DNA from: Amphiscolops sp. MND2022 | Taxonomy: Eukaryota | Direction: 5' to 3' | Length of the DNA stretch: 64,000 nucleotides | Assembly (NCBI GenBank): GCA_964187785.1 | Contig: OZ076409.1 | Coordinates: 24,182,001-24,246,000 of the forward strand | Shown: positions 52,206-64,000 of the stretch, one piece after another | How the letters are laid out: every line of letters starts with the position of its first letter | How positions within the stretch are numbered: the stretch's first letter is position 1 | Notes under the pieces: model-generated | What the model saw: the letters and a program-made list of their open reading frames with translations, nothing else | The model's database searches: none | What the model was told of the DNA's origin: nothing | Made by a program: the position numbers and the translations under genes

Positions 52206-53997
52206 TGTCAGACATTTTTGGTTGAAGGAAGTTTAGTCGAGTCGCCTGGGAAATTTCGATTAGCTGAAGAAAGCAAATGTCACTCATAAAACCGAAGTAC
52301 TTTCGTGATACATCAAGTGACCGAAATTGAATAATTTGAACCTCTTCTTAAATTTTTATTGAGAACGAAGTTTAGAGACCAATCCTGATTGACAGATAGG
52401 TGGGATCAGGCACACTGATGAGGCGAGACAATGTACGTTTAGTGAATCACCAGGTACCGAAGAAGGGAAAGAAGATTGGATCGACATTTACTCGGAGCCC
52501 GAAAAACGATGAGGAGGAACTATGATTCGGAAAATGACTAAACGACAAAATTTAAAACCGCAGTCGAACAGCGAGCAAAGTACGAAGGGCAACAAAGTGA
52601 GTGTAGAGCTGGAGATCAGCAGTTGACTACTTTGTCGTCGAAAACAATAGAGATTTTGGGGTCATTACCGAATTGGGAAGTGAGACTCTTCGCCAAACTT
52701 TGTTGAGATTGACTTTCTAACGCCGTGAGATTCGGGTTAGGAAAAAATGAGAGTTTAGCAGTACTTCAACTGTGGGGTAGTTCAGAGAAGACTTCAGCGG
52801 GAGTTAATCCGTGGAAAAGGAACAGTCGAAAACTGTGAGATAGTCAGAGATTCTTTCCATGAACGTAAGAGAGTACCGCGAGTTTGGGCAATTTCATATC
52901 GATCAATTCGATCACTATTCAATTCTCTCCCATCGGGAACACTCATTCACCCTCCGGGATAACTCACTTGCTGCTTAATCACTACTTTGAAGGTGTTATC
53001 AGATGATCAAAAGTGTATTATTGTTTCCCTGGAATGTGATTATAATGATCAGTTTTGTTGTAACCCTCTATTGATCATGATCAGTGTTGTAGTTTTTTTA
53101 TTATCTACAACACTCTATTATTATTTGATGTTTTGATAAAGTTGAAGATTTGTTGTTCAGCTAAATTACCTTTTTCTAATAGCCTGAGCACACAAAACAA
53201 TCTAATTAGCAAGTCAACGGAGTAACTGAGACTTGAACACTATATGATGCAATAGAACCCCACCACCTCTAAAGTTTCCCTATAAATTTTTGTGGATGCT
53301 CAGCCTTATCTTTGTACCCATTGGTTTAATTGAGTAGTGGTGGAGCATTCGATAGACTGTTAAAGCTACTTTTCAAAATTCTCCAAATACAGTTCTTTGA
53401 AGGTAATAATTTTCGTTAAGCAAACAAATCCTAAGGCTTGGTGACAAATTCTTAGGCTATGTTGCTAAATAGCTTCTCGATTTCTTAAAGTTTCTAAGGT
53501 TTTCAATTTGAGAGCGTGTATACAAACACTGAGAGACCATCATTTATTTCGTTTACAATCGTGCTACATTATCACGGCAATCGTATTAAGTACGAATGTC
53601 ATGACTTTGTTATGGAAACACACTCTAATATAACAAATTTTCGTTGAGGAGATTAGACGATCAACCAATCACGATGACTGGCCAATCACAGAAGGACACA
53701 TAAAACGCAATCAACCGTGACGAGGAATGCGGACGAGAGACAGAGAGAGACTGATAAAGAGAACAAAGAACAGCTTACCTCTGTATAAAACATTTCATCA
53801 AATAACTGATGTAACTTGTAATATTTCTCTTCAACTAATAAAACAACTTCATCGTCCATAATTTATTTCTTTTCATACTGAGCTGAGTTATAGGAAAATC
53901 GACCCAAGGCTGAAAACCCGAAATACACTGAAATTGAATTATCTAAAAATGATTGTTGTTGTAAATAGTCTTCTCCGCTCGACTAGACCCGCTGACA
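52206..53997 (+). repeat. Putative 5' LTR of element 3
   Basis: The end is fixed by CA+PBS. The start is inferred from TGTCAG/CTGACA terminal inverted repeats and the subterminal match GTTTAGTCGAG (52231) vs CTCGACTAGAC (~53978). No second full LTR is available in the window. Confidence 0.6.
53665..53842 (+). promoter_or_regulatory. LTR promoter/polyadenylation signals of element 3
   Basis: CCAAT at 53665 and 53682, TATAAAA at 53784, AATAAA at 53837, in U3-R order. Duplicated 1816 bp downstream. Confidence 0.55.
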
Positions 53998-54010
53998 TGG
54001 TGACAGGAGT
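53998..54010 (+). promoter_or_regulatory. Primer-binding site of element 3 (first copy; second at 55814-55826)
   Basis: TGGTGACAGGAGT after LTR-terminal CA. Confidence 0.85.
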
Positions 54011-54180
54011 TCTTTTCCTCACCAGCTCTGAAGTGAAATACATCCAACAAACTCTTCGTACTTGAAACTTCAAATCTCTATCATCTGAAATACAAAACCA
54101 AACTCCGATAATTGACCAAAACTACATCATTTTAATAGCTCTGCTTCTTTTCTCATTTTGCTCAATAACTCAAATCTACA

Positions 54181-54669
54181 ATGGCTGCGATACAAACTTT
54201 TGTGAATCTCCAACCCTTTAAGGGAACTGAAAAAGAAAATTTTGATGAACTTCTTCGTCAACGTGAGAGTTGTACTCAAGTAGCTGGCATACCTGATGCC
54301 CAGCGTCATAGATACTTATATCTTCACTTGAAATGAGGTGCTTTGACCTTCTTCGACCAGCGAGAGGCTGCTGTGCGAGCAGATTATGATGCAGCAGTGG
54401 AAGCACTTCGAAACAGATACAAAAACGATCAGAGAGTGCAACTTCAGAAGATCCTCTTCAACTCCAGGAAAATGAAGGCTTAAGACGAAAGCCCTCAAAA
54501 ATTTCTAACGGAACTTCAGAGATTAGCTTTAGAAGCGTACCACGATATTCAAGCACGAGCTGCAGCTGGAGGACGACCTGCAGTAATTACCGAAGACCGC
54601 GCACAAGAACGCAATCGCAGAGTTCGTGAAGCATTCATCAATGGAATGTCAATCGAAATGAAGAGATTC
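54181..54669 (+). pseudogene. gag: Truncated first copy of element 3 gag
   Basis: MAAIQTFVNLQPFKGTEKENFDELLRQ..LHLK*GALTFFDQ.., cut at the duplication junction. Confidence 0.85.
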
Positions 54670-55996
54670 TTTCCTTGAACGTACGAGAGTACCGCGAGTT
54701 TGGGCAATTTCATATCGATCAATTCGATCACTATTCAATTCTCTCCCATCGGGAACACTCATTCACCCTCCGGGATAACTCACTTGCTGCTTAACCACTA
54801 CTTTGAAGGTGTTATCAGATCATCATAAGTGTAATATTGTTTCCCTGGAATGTGATTATAATGATCAGTTTTGTTGTAACCCTCTATTGATCATGATCAG
54901 TGTGGTAGTTTTTTTATTATCTACAACACTCTATTATTATTTGATGTTTTGATAAAGTTGAAGATTTGTTGTTCAGCTAAATTACCTTTTTCTAATAGCC
55001 TGAGCACACAAAACAATCTAATTAGCAAGTCAACGGAGTAACTGAGACTTGAACACTATATGATGCAATAGAACCCCACCACCTCTAAAGTTTCCCTATA
55101 AATTATTGTGGATGCTCAGCCTTATCTTTGTACCCATTGGTTTAGTTGAGTAGTGGTGGAGCATTCGATAGACTGTTAAAGCTACTTTTCAAAATTCTCC
55201 AAATACAGTTCTTTGAAGGTAATAAATTTCGTTAAGCAAACAAATCCTAAGGCTTGGTGACAAATTCTTAGGCTATGTTACTAAATAGCTTCTCGATTTC
55301 TTAAAGTTTCTAAGGTTATCAATTTGAGAGCGTGTATACAAACACTGAGAGACCATCATTTATTTCGTTTACAATCGTGTTACATTATCACGGCAATCGT
55401 ATTAAGTACGAATGTCATGACTTTGTTATGGAAACACACTCTAATACAACAAATTTTCGTTGAGGAGATTAGACGATCAACCAATCACGATGACTGGCCC
55501 ATCACAGAAGGACACATAAAACGCAATCAACCGTGACGAGGAATGCGGACGAGAGACAGAGAGAGACTGATAAAGAGAACAAAGAATAGCTTAACTCTGT
55601 ATAAAACATTTCATCAAATAACTGATGTAACTTGTAATATTTCTCTTCAACTAATAAAACAACTTCATCGTCCATAATTTATTTCTCTTCATACTGAGCT
55701 GAGTTATAGGAAAATCGACCCAATGCTGAAAACCCGAAATACACTGAAATTGAATTATCTAAAAATGATTGTTGTTGTAAATAGTCTTCTCCGCTCGACT
55801 AGACCCGCTGACATGGTGACAGGAGTTCTTTTCCTCACCAGCTCTGAAGTGAAATGCATCCAACAAACTCTTCGTACTTGAAACTTCAAATCTCTATCAT
55901 CTGAAATACAAAACCAAACTCCGATAATTGACCAAAACTACATCATTTTAATAGCTCTGCTTCTTTTCTCATTTTGCTCAATAACTCAAATCTACA

Positions 55997-57199
55997 AAGG
56001 CTGCGATACAAACTTTTGTGAATCTCCAACCCTTTAAGGGAACTGAAAAAGAAAATTTTGATGAACTTCTTCGTCAACGTGAGAGTTGTACTCAAGTAGC
56101 TGGCATAACTGATGCCCAGCGTCATAGATACTTATATCTTCACTTGAAATGAGGTGCTTTGACCTTCTTCGACCAGCGAGAGGCTGCTGTGCGAGCAGAT
56201 TATGATGCAGCAGTGGAAGCACTTCGAAACAGATACAAAAACAATCAGAGAGTGCAACTTCAGAAGATCCTCTTCAACTCCAGGAAAATGAAGGCTTCAG
56301 ACGAAAGCCCTCAAAAATTTCTAACGGAACTTCAGAGATTAGCTTTAGAAGCGTACCACGATATTCAAGCACGAGCTGCAGCTGGAGGACGACCTGCAGT
56401 AATTACCGAAGACCGCGCACAAGAACGCAATCGCAGAGTTCGTGAAGCATTCATCAATGGAATGCCAATCGAAATGAAGAGATTCCTCATGACCCAACCT
56501 GAAGATATGGCAATAAAGGAACTATGTACCAAAGCTTCCAGTCGACTCATAGTTGATCGCCTCTACCCTGAGGACGACGACACAGCCTTCAACGAGGTTT
56601 GCATCTTCACTACAAAACAACTCCTAACTGGAATCCATGAGTTATCCAAAGCTCAATATACTCTAAAAGAAGAAACAGGAAAACTCTCCACGGAACTTCA
56701 AGAACTCAGAAAAACACTCCAGCTAACTATCAACCAACTTGCAGCTAACCAAAACAATAACAATCGCAATAACAACAATTCGAACAACAACAACAATAAC
56801 GACAAAAATCGCCAGCAATGGAACAAGAATAGTGGACCACAAAATCGCGGAAACAATTCTCAAAATTGGAGAAACAACAAAAACAACCAACAGAATTGGA
56901 ATAACAACATGCAACACAATTGGAAACCCAGAAATCCAAACTGGCAACCACGCGGACGAAACTGGCATAATAATAACAACCCAAATTTCGCTCAAACCGA
57001 CCGCATTCCCGACCCAAATTTCCGACCGCAACAAACCTATATGCCTGCTTTGCCCTACAACCAATTCTCCAACGCCAACTTTGTACCCACACAACAGTTT
57101 CCGATACAACAAACCCAGATGACTTCGATGAACCAAATGCCACAATCATGGCCCACTCAATATGAAGCCAACCAGTCCAACAACTACCAAAAAAACTAG
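55997..57199 (+). pseudogene. gag: gag of element 3
   Basis: Start codon mutated (AAG) and one TGA, then a 346-aa ORF with a capsid-like region (ESPQKFLTELQRLALEAY, VREAFINGMP) and an N/Q-rich tail. Ends AAAAAAACTAG. Confidence 0.88.
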
Positions 57200-60100
57200 G
57201 TAAGCCACACAATGCCCTTTCTTCTAATATATCTAATATCAATAACTGCACTCCTTCTAACTTCATTAATGTTTTATCAACAAAGCCTCGAACCTCTTTA
57301 TTCTCTGTACCACTTCAATTTTCATTCCCAGTAAAAGCCCTTATTGATACAGGCGCTTTCTGAAGCGCCATGCCTCTTTCTATTTTAACAAACTTAAACG
57401 TACTTGTCCCAAAGCTATAACCCTTTATAATCCTCAACCTTCAACAGTCAAAGTCGCGAATGGTGCCTCTAAAACCACACACGGTACTTTTCAAGCTTCT
57501 TTCAGAAGCGCTAATGAAACTTTTACAGAAACTTTCATTTTATTGGAGACAATGAATCAAACGATTCTAGGTCTTCCATTTTTCGAGAAAAATGATATCC
57601 TCATACACCCGAAAACACGAACCTTAAATTTGCCTCATATGACAAAACAGTTAACCGAACGGATCCACGAGGTGGGAAAATAAGTTCTTTGACCACGAAG
57701 AAAAATCTTTTTCTTCATTCTGCACAAAACTTAACTATCAAACCGAATTCTTCCGAAATAATCACTTGTATTCTTTCTGCAGAATCCTTCCCCGAAGGAA
57801 CTGTAGCAATTGTGGAACCTCGCCCACGGCTTGAGAAACAAACTGGACTATGCGTGACCAGTGCAATAGTCAAATTTGATGCAAAAAAAAACAAGCATCC
57901 CTAGGAGTTTTATATCTGTTGCCACATCAAGTAACAGTCAAGAAAAACGCATCAATTGCTAAATTCACAATTCTAACAGCTTCACAGGCTCAGTATTTAC
58001 AACCTGTAAGCCCCGAACTTTTGTCTGATCACCTAACGAAAGGTATAAATGACTTAATTGCAGATTCTGAACATAAAGTTTATCCGTCAGAAGATGAAAT
58101 TTGATTCGCAACCCCTGAAAATTGTTCAAATACAGAAACGCTCATTGGTATCCAAAAATGGATATACAATGAAATAGTCAGCTTGAAAAATGTGAGAAAC
58201 TTGTCCCGATCAACAATTCTGCTGACCGAGAAAAGTTTTTGTCACAATTTCCTTGGGAAAACTCTGTTTTCAACCAGGAACAAAAGAAAAACATTGAAAC
58301 ACTCTTACTGAAGTATCACTACATTTCTGCGAGACACCGTCTGGACATAGGCGCGAATGAAGAATTTAAAGTTAAGTTAACACCCGAAAACGACAACCCT
58401 ATGTATACACAAGGCCCACCGACCCCGATCCACTATAGAGACGAAGTCTTGGTAGAGTTAGCTTTACTACAGTATTGGGGAGTAATCACAACTTTAACTT
58501 ACTCGAAGTATTCCAGCCCCACATTTGCTGTACGTAAACCATTGGGAAAGCTCCGAATCCCTGTTGGTCTGCGACGAATAAATCATTTAATAAGGCACGA
58601 CTACGATAACCATAACTTTCCGATTGCTACTTTGGCTGATGTTAATTCACATCTAGCAGGAAAGAAATTTTTCGCTAAGCTTGATTGTAGTCAAGCGTTT
58701 CATGTCTTGCAAGTGGCATATCCTTTGTCTGTCCTACTACTTCCCTTTAATTTTCTCTCAAGGACTTTCGCATATTTACGTTTAGCTCAAGGACTAAGCT
58801 ACTCTGTTAGCGCTTTTGGTTCTTTTATGCGTAGGTACCTGTACCCATGTATTTTAGCTCACCGGTGCTTTCAATACGTGGATGATTTAGGCACAGCTGC
58901 CACCACTTTTGAAGAGTTTGCTCGTAATTTAGATGCAATTTTCAAGTGTGTAAAGAAAACAGGCCTCAAATTCACCCCTAGAAAATGTGAAATTGGATTG
59001 AAAGAAATGACCTTTTTGGGAAATACAGTAACAAGTGAGGGAGTGTTACCGAACAAAACCAAGGTGTCTGAATTTCTATCTACTCTAAAAGTACCTAAAA
59101 CTGTCAAACAAATAAGGCGATTTATTGGATTCTTCCAATATTTCCGATCCTTCATACCCAAACTTGGAGAAAAACTGCTACCTTTCTACCAATTGTTACG
59201 TAAGGATAATGACATTGTTCTAACCGATGAACACCACAAGTGCATACAAACCTTGCGTAAAGATTTGGAACAAGCTTGCCAAATGGCATTGAAATTACCT
59301 AAGGCTAATGGACAATACGTCATCTTAACAGGTGCGAGTTTTTAGCCGGTGGCTATGTATTGTTAATAGAAGACTATGCTACCGACCAGTCTGGAAAACA
59401 ATACAAAACATGTCCCTGTTTCTTTCGGTTCGAAAATCTTTACACCAACAGACCTGAAATTGTCCATATATGCAAAGGTAATTTTGGCCGTGCATTTTGC
59501 GTTTGACAACTTTGCCCATATTCTTTGGGGAAGTACCGAACCTGTACTTGTCTTAACAATAAAAGCCTGACACGTTTTTTCCAAACCAAAACTATTCCAT
59601 CAAGCTTCTGGATATGTGTAGACCATGTTTTAAACTTTAATTTTGTACAAGGCCATATTCCAGGAAAAGCGAATGCTGCGGCAGACTATCTGTCACGCAT
59701 TTACATTCAGCCTCATACAAAGTTAGGACTGAAATTCAACTCTAAAATTCCCGTAGCAGATGTTCAATTGAACATGGGAATGCAAACACCCGACAATTCA
59801 GTGAACTTGCTCCGATATGACTATGAATTTTCTTCTTTGTCGAAAAACTTACGAAAATCATACCCTGAAATCAACGCTCTTCATGCTTCTAATCTGTTAG
59901 ATTTTTTGAACATGTCAGATAAAATTAACCCAATGAACCTACAGGCTGAACAACAAAAAGACTCGAACATTCAATTAGTTCTTGCCTGGATTGAGACCAG
60001 TCCACCCGCTCAATCCCCCTACATAAACCATGAACTTCGTAAATACCTCAAGAATTTTAACCGTCTCGAAAATCACAATGGTGTTCTATATCGAAAATTT

Positions 60101-62334
60101 TACAGTGATAATGGTCGTGATTTCATACGCCAGTATGTAGTCCCGACTCATCATCGTCGAGAAGTTCTTTATTTGGTTCACAATAGTAAATATGCCAGCC
60201 ACCCTGGCATAGCAAAAACGGCAGAACTGTTTTGAAAACTTTTTTACTTTCCCTCTTTTGTCGAGTTCTTAACAAAGTATGTCAAAAACTGCTCTTCTTG
60301 CTTACAAGTCAAAGCAGTGAAACACGCAACTTTAAAGCCCCCTGCTCTCCCTGGCAACAGACAAACATTTTCCAGGTGACATGTTACAGATAGATTTAGT
60401 TGGAAAATTGCCTGAATCAGGAGGCTTTAATCATATTCTAACAGCTAAAGACACATTCAGCAAATACCTTTTTGCGACTCCTTTGCGCAACGCAAGCGCA
60501 CCGAAGGTTGCAAAACATTTATTTCATATTTGTATGCGTGCCTCGTATATTCCGAAAGTAGTTGTTTCCGATATGGGAACAGCTTTTACGGCTCGAGTAA
60601 CGACCGAACTCTCTCGCTTACTTGAAATTCAGTTGGAATATGCCACTGTCAAACACCCTCAGACAGTAGGGTCTGTAGAGCGCTGTCACGCGTCTCTGAA
60701 ACAATATCTTGACATTTACGAACATTAAAAAAAGCATGATTGGCATCAAAACGTTGATTTAGCGATTTTCGTACATAACACGTCCTTCCATTCTTCTATA
60801 GGATGTACTCCGACTTTTGTCTTCCACGGACGTCAACCCATGTCTCAACTTGATCTTAGACTTAATAACAAAAACAATCCAAAACCTTGGAACCCGTTAT
60901 GACTTCACCAGTACCCTACAGGACAAAATCAATGAAGTCTTTTCACAAGCTCGAGATACAACCATAACAGCCTACAATAAATATCGTCATTTCTATGACC
61001 GTAAAGCTTCTGCTTTACCCCTGAAAAACCATGAGTTTTGTCTACTCTTAAACCCAAAGTTATCGAATTTCAATGACCACATGGAAAAATCCCTGACCAA
61101 ATGGTTACCATTGTATAGGGTAGAGAATGTCTTGACTCACTCGAACACCATAATTCGAAAAGTGGGAACCAACTTTACGCAGTGCGTACATCGAGTCAGA
61201 CTTCAACCTATCAAACGCCAATATCAAGTAGAAGATCTTTCAAACATCAATCCATCTAATTTTACTCCTGACCCTTCTACTAGGCATGTTTCAGAACCAT
61301 CTTTAATTGACAGAGCCCTGCCGGACTTGTTAACTGATAAGACATTCGCTCCGGAGGATGAAGTTACCGATACACCCGCTGTAGTATTTTGCTACAGACC
61401 GCGCCGTGCTCCACCGGCACAACCCATTCCACCGGTACCTCCTCCACCACCACTACCACCTCAGCCGCGTATACAAACTTTGCCCGTGTCTCCTTTCCGT
61501 GATACTACCTGTCAATCCCATTGATTACACGCGTAACCATATTGAACCACCCATCTCCGTTTCTTTTGACTCTGCTTCATCTACTTTGCCCTTAAATGAA
61601 CAGCGCCATAGCTCATTTAAATTGACATCACGTGAATCCACCCCTTTACGAGATTCTGTTGCTGATCCACATTCTTCCTTTTTTCCTCGCTAAATACATC
61701 TTTTGATTCATTTGATGTTTTCACCGTAACACAACCTACCCCAACAATTTTTGACACTGTAACAACAGTAACCTATATTTCGCCAATCATACACTCAACA
61801 CCTCTCTCAAAAGCCCGCCAGGTACCGTCTCAGGCCAGTGCCACCCAGATGACAATGCCAACTCAATCCACTGAGCACTCGTTCACTACCTCTTTTGCTC
61901 CAACTCACATACATGCGCAACACGATCTTGATTCTTCTCCGTCGTTCTCAGGATTTTCTGAGGACACTATAGATCGTGCTCGTGCTGTGCTCTCACCTAT
62001 ATTTTCCCCACCTGAAATACAACCCCAGAGCACCCGGTCTGAATCATATTTAAATCAACAACCACACTACTTTAACTCTTCGAGTTGGAAACCTCATTAC
62101 CCATGGTACGAAAAACCTTTTATACCTCACGCACCCACTTTTGTACGTTCAAAAACGTCCACAGCTTCTCGAATTTTACCAAATTTATCCCTACGTCGTT
62201 CCAATGCGTCACAAACACCACCACCTTTACGGATAATACCTGATTACCAGGCATACATACGTAGTCTGCCTCCGTCACACTTCCGTCTGTCAACATATTC
62301 CCTGACCCACCCACTCAGAATACCGCCACTGTAA
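57200..62334 (+). pseudogene. pol: pol of element 3 (PR-RT-RH-IN), fragmented, with P/S/T-rich tail
   Basis: Protease KALIDTGA (~57335). RT 58239-59345 with QYVDD. RNase H remnants. Integrase HNSKYASHPG..C..C, QIDLVG, VSDMGTAF, VERCH. C-terminal KWLPLYRV..QCVHRVRL. Confidence 0.95.
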
Positions 62335-63370
62335 CTACCATCTCTGATACTGGCTCTAGTGATCGCCGTTCACGCCCCAAACCCCGAAAGACATCGTTTT
62401 TCCAGTCCAAACCTTGGAAACCGAACTGAGATTTTTTTCCATTTTGTCATTTCATTTTTCTATAATTTTTTCTGCCTTACCCCTCTTTATTATTCGGCTC
62501 TCCTTGCTCTTATGCTCTGAGAATCTTTTCACCCGTGATTTGTAATTGCATACGATGCCTTGTCATTTATTACTATATGACCCTTGCCTTTACTTCTTCG
62601 AAAAACGCTCTGGAACTATATATGATTTTTGACGTTTTTTGCATAATTTTCATCATTTTTGCCATTAACTTGCTTTTAGACCCTAACTTTCCTATCTCTC
62701 ACGTTTGTTAGACATTCCCCATTCCAAATCCAGGATTCGTGGACTACCATTTAGGGACCTTTTCTTTGGAAAATTCCGCCAAAAATTGAGTTTTCTTGTA
62801 TATCACTCCTATATAGACCCCAAAATCGATCAAAAAATCCGAATTTTGGGAATTTTGCCCCAAAATTAGTTACAAACCTAGTATTTGGCCTCAAACTTCT
62901 GATCTAGCCAGAAAAAACCGAAAAAAAATGAAAAAAATAAAAAAATATTTTTTTCTTGGTAACTTTTCAGCCTCAGATAGGAAATTTTCATAATTTTTTG
63001 AAAAAATTCTGTTTTTTGCCCCCACACGCCCTTGGAACGGTATCCAAACCCTACTTCTGAATTTTCCCTCATCCGAGCTACCTTTTTACTCCTTTTGCAG
63101 CTACTTTTGCAGTAGTTTTAGCCCTTCTTGTGACCTTTTTTCTTCAAAAAACTCTTGATTTTTTGACTTTTTCATGATTATGGCAATTTTTACTTACTTT
63201 TAACTTGCGAAAGTGCTTGGTCCACATGCCCCACTTTCCGCTTCTTCCTCCCACAGTACGCTAGCAGGACTCCGAACTCTCGTAGGTGTCATAAACCTAA
63301 TATAAACCCAGTTTTGACTAGCTCACAGCATTAAAACACATGGACTCTCTATGTAAAATCGTTGTTTCAT

Positions 63371-64000
63371 TCATTCTGGCTCCGGAAAATCGGGCAAGGG
63401 CTCGCAGTGGAAGCAAGTTCTGAACCTCTCTCTACCCTGGATGGCTTGACAGAGGAAACTCACGCCATTCCTAGTACTTTCAGGACCGTATTTGTAGCAG
63501 AACCATCCGCCCACATTCCAAATTTGCCAATAAACCAGGAGGTCCGTTTTCAACACCCAGGCTGTTGGTAGAATCTGAAACCGGGATACGTACCACCCGT
63601 CGTTCGTTTGCATTACCTTATGTTCAAGCATTTTGTACCCCACCAACCGCTGCTTCTGAGATCCTTGCAGTCACTTTCCCGCACTCCTGTGCTAGGAAAT
63701 CATTTGGTGCCATCCCCAGTGATGCTCGACAGAATTCTTTGAATTCACTTGTCTGCATCACCTTAGTAGCAACTTCCCGCAGAGTCTTGCATCATTGACT
63801 ATGAACGGTGTTCTAACGCTCTGAACAAACCTATCATTGGACATGACTTTTTTCTCCACATAGGAGATGGAATACACTGGAGAAGAAACATTCTCCACAT
63901 ACTTCGGCGAGTAGGCCAAGTGGTTCCTTTTTTCCAGGCTCTCCCAGGACCACAGGAACGCCGCCACTGAGTTTGGAACCTACGGGCTCCCACAAACAAG
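63371..64000 (-). pseudogene. Possible 3' end of an antisense accessory gene in element 3
   Basis: GC-richer segment downstream of pol with consecutive minus-strand reading frames (63758-63967, KTLREVATKVMQTSEFKEFCRASLG.., 63371-63646), followed on the minus strand by AT-rich non-coding DNA. No recognisable domain. Confidence 0.4.

Larger units (their letters stand above)
52846..56477 (+). repeat. Tandem duplication, 2 x 1816 bp (partial LTR + PBS + 5' gag)
   Basis: Units 52846-54661 and 54662-56477 are near-identical. AGAGATTC occurs at 52846, 54662 and 56478. Confidence 0.95.
52206..64000 (+). mobile_element. Ty3/Gypsy LTR retrotransposon 3 (related to element 2), 3' end outside window
   Basis: LTR end CTGACA followed by PBS, gag, then pol with clear protein similarity to element 2 (ARHRLDIG, YSKYSSP, KLDCSQA, QYVDD, AADYLSR). 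Confidence 0.92.

Noticed and set aside
52846..55813. Short complete LTR element (TRIM-like) bounded by the two LTR ends at 53997 and 55813
   Set aside because: The second copy lacks the LTR 5' part and a PPT, and includes PBS and gag. It is a tandem duplication.

Overview
AT-rich, repeat-dense eukaryotic (probably invertebrate) genomic DNA with no confidently identifiable host gene. Bases 1-27 kb are a patchwork of short non-autonomous DNA elements: CCC/GGG-terminated TIR elements with 2-bp TSDs, Helentron/HINE-like repeats, and Merlin-, Kolobok- and Tc1-like MITEs. Bases 27-64 kb hold three decayed Ty3/Gypsy LTR retrotransposons. Element 1 is Mag-like (27108-32394, +). Element 2 is a complete 16-kb element (32976-48931, -) with a GTGTA target-site duplication, inserted into a hAT transposase gene that it splits in two. 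Element 3 is a related element (from about 52206, +) with a 1816-bp tandem duplication, and it runs off the window. The main observation is in element 2. Between pol and the 3' LTR it carries an antisense, intron-containing gene (about 7 exons, about 1150-1200 aa when repaired) that appears to derive from a hAT transposase with a BED-like zinc finger. Its LTRs carry a repeated fixed-spacing palindrome, CGACT-N9-AGTCG, which could be a binding site for that protein. Element 3 also shows antisense coding fragments downstream of pol. All family assignments come from motif recognition by eye, not from database searches.
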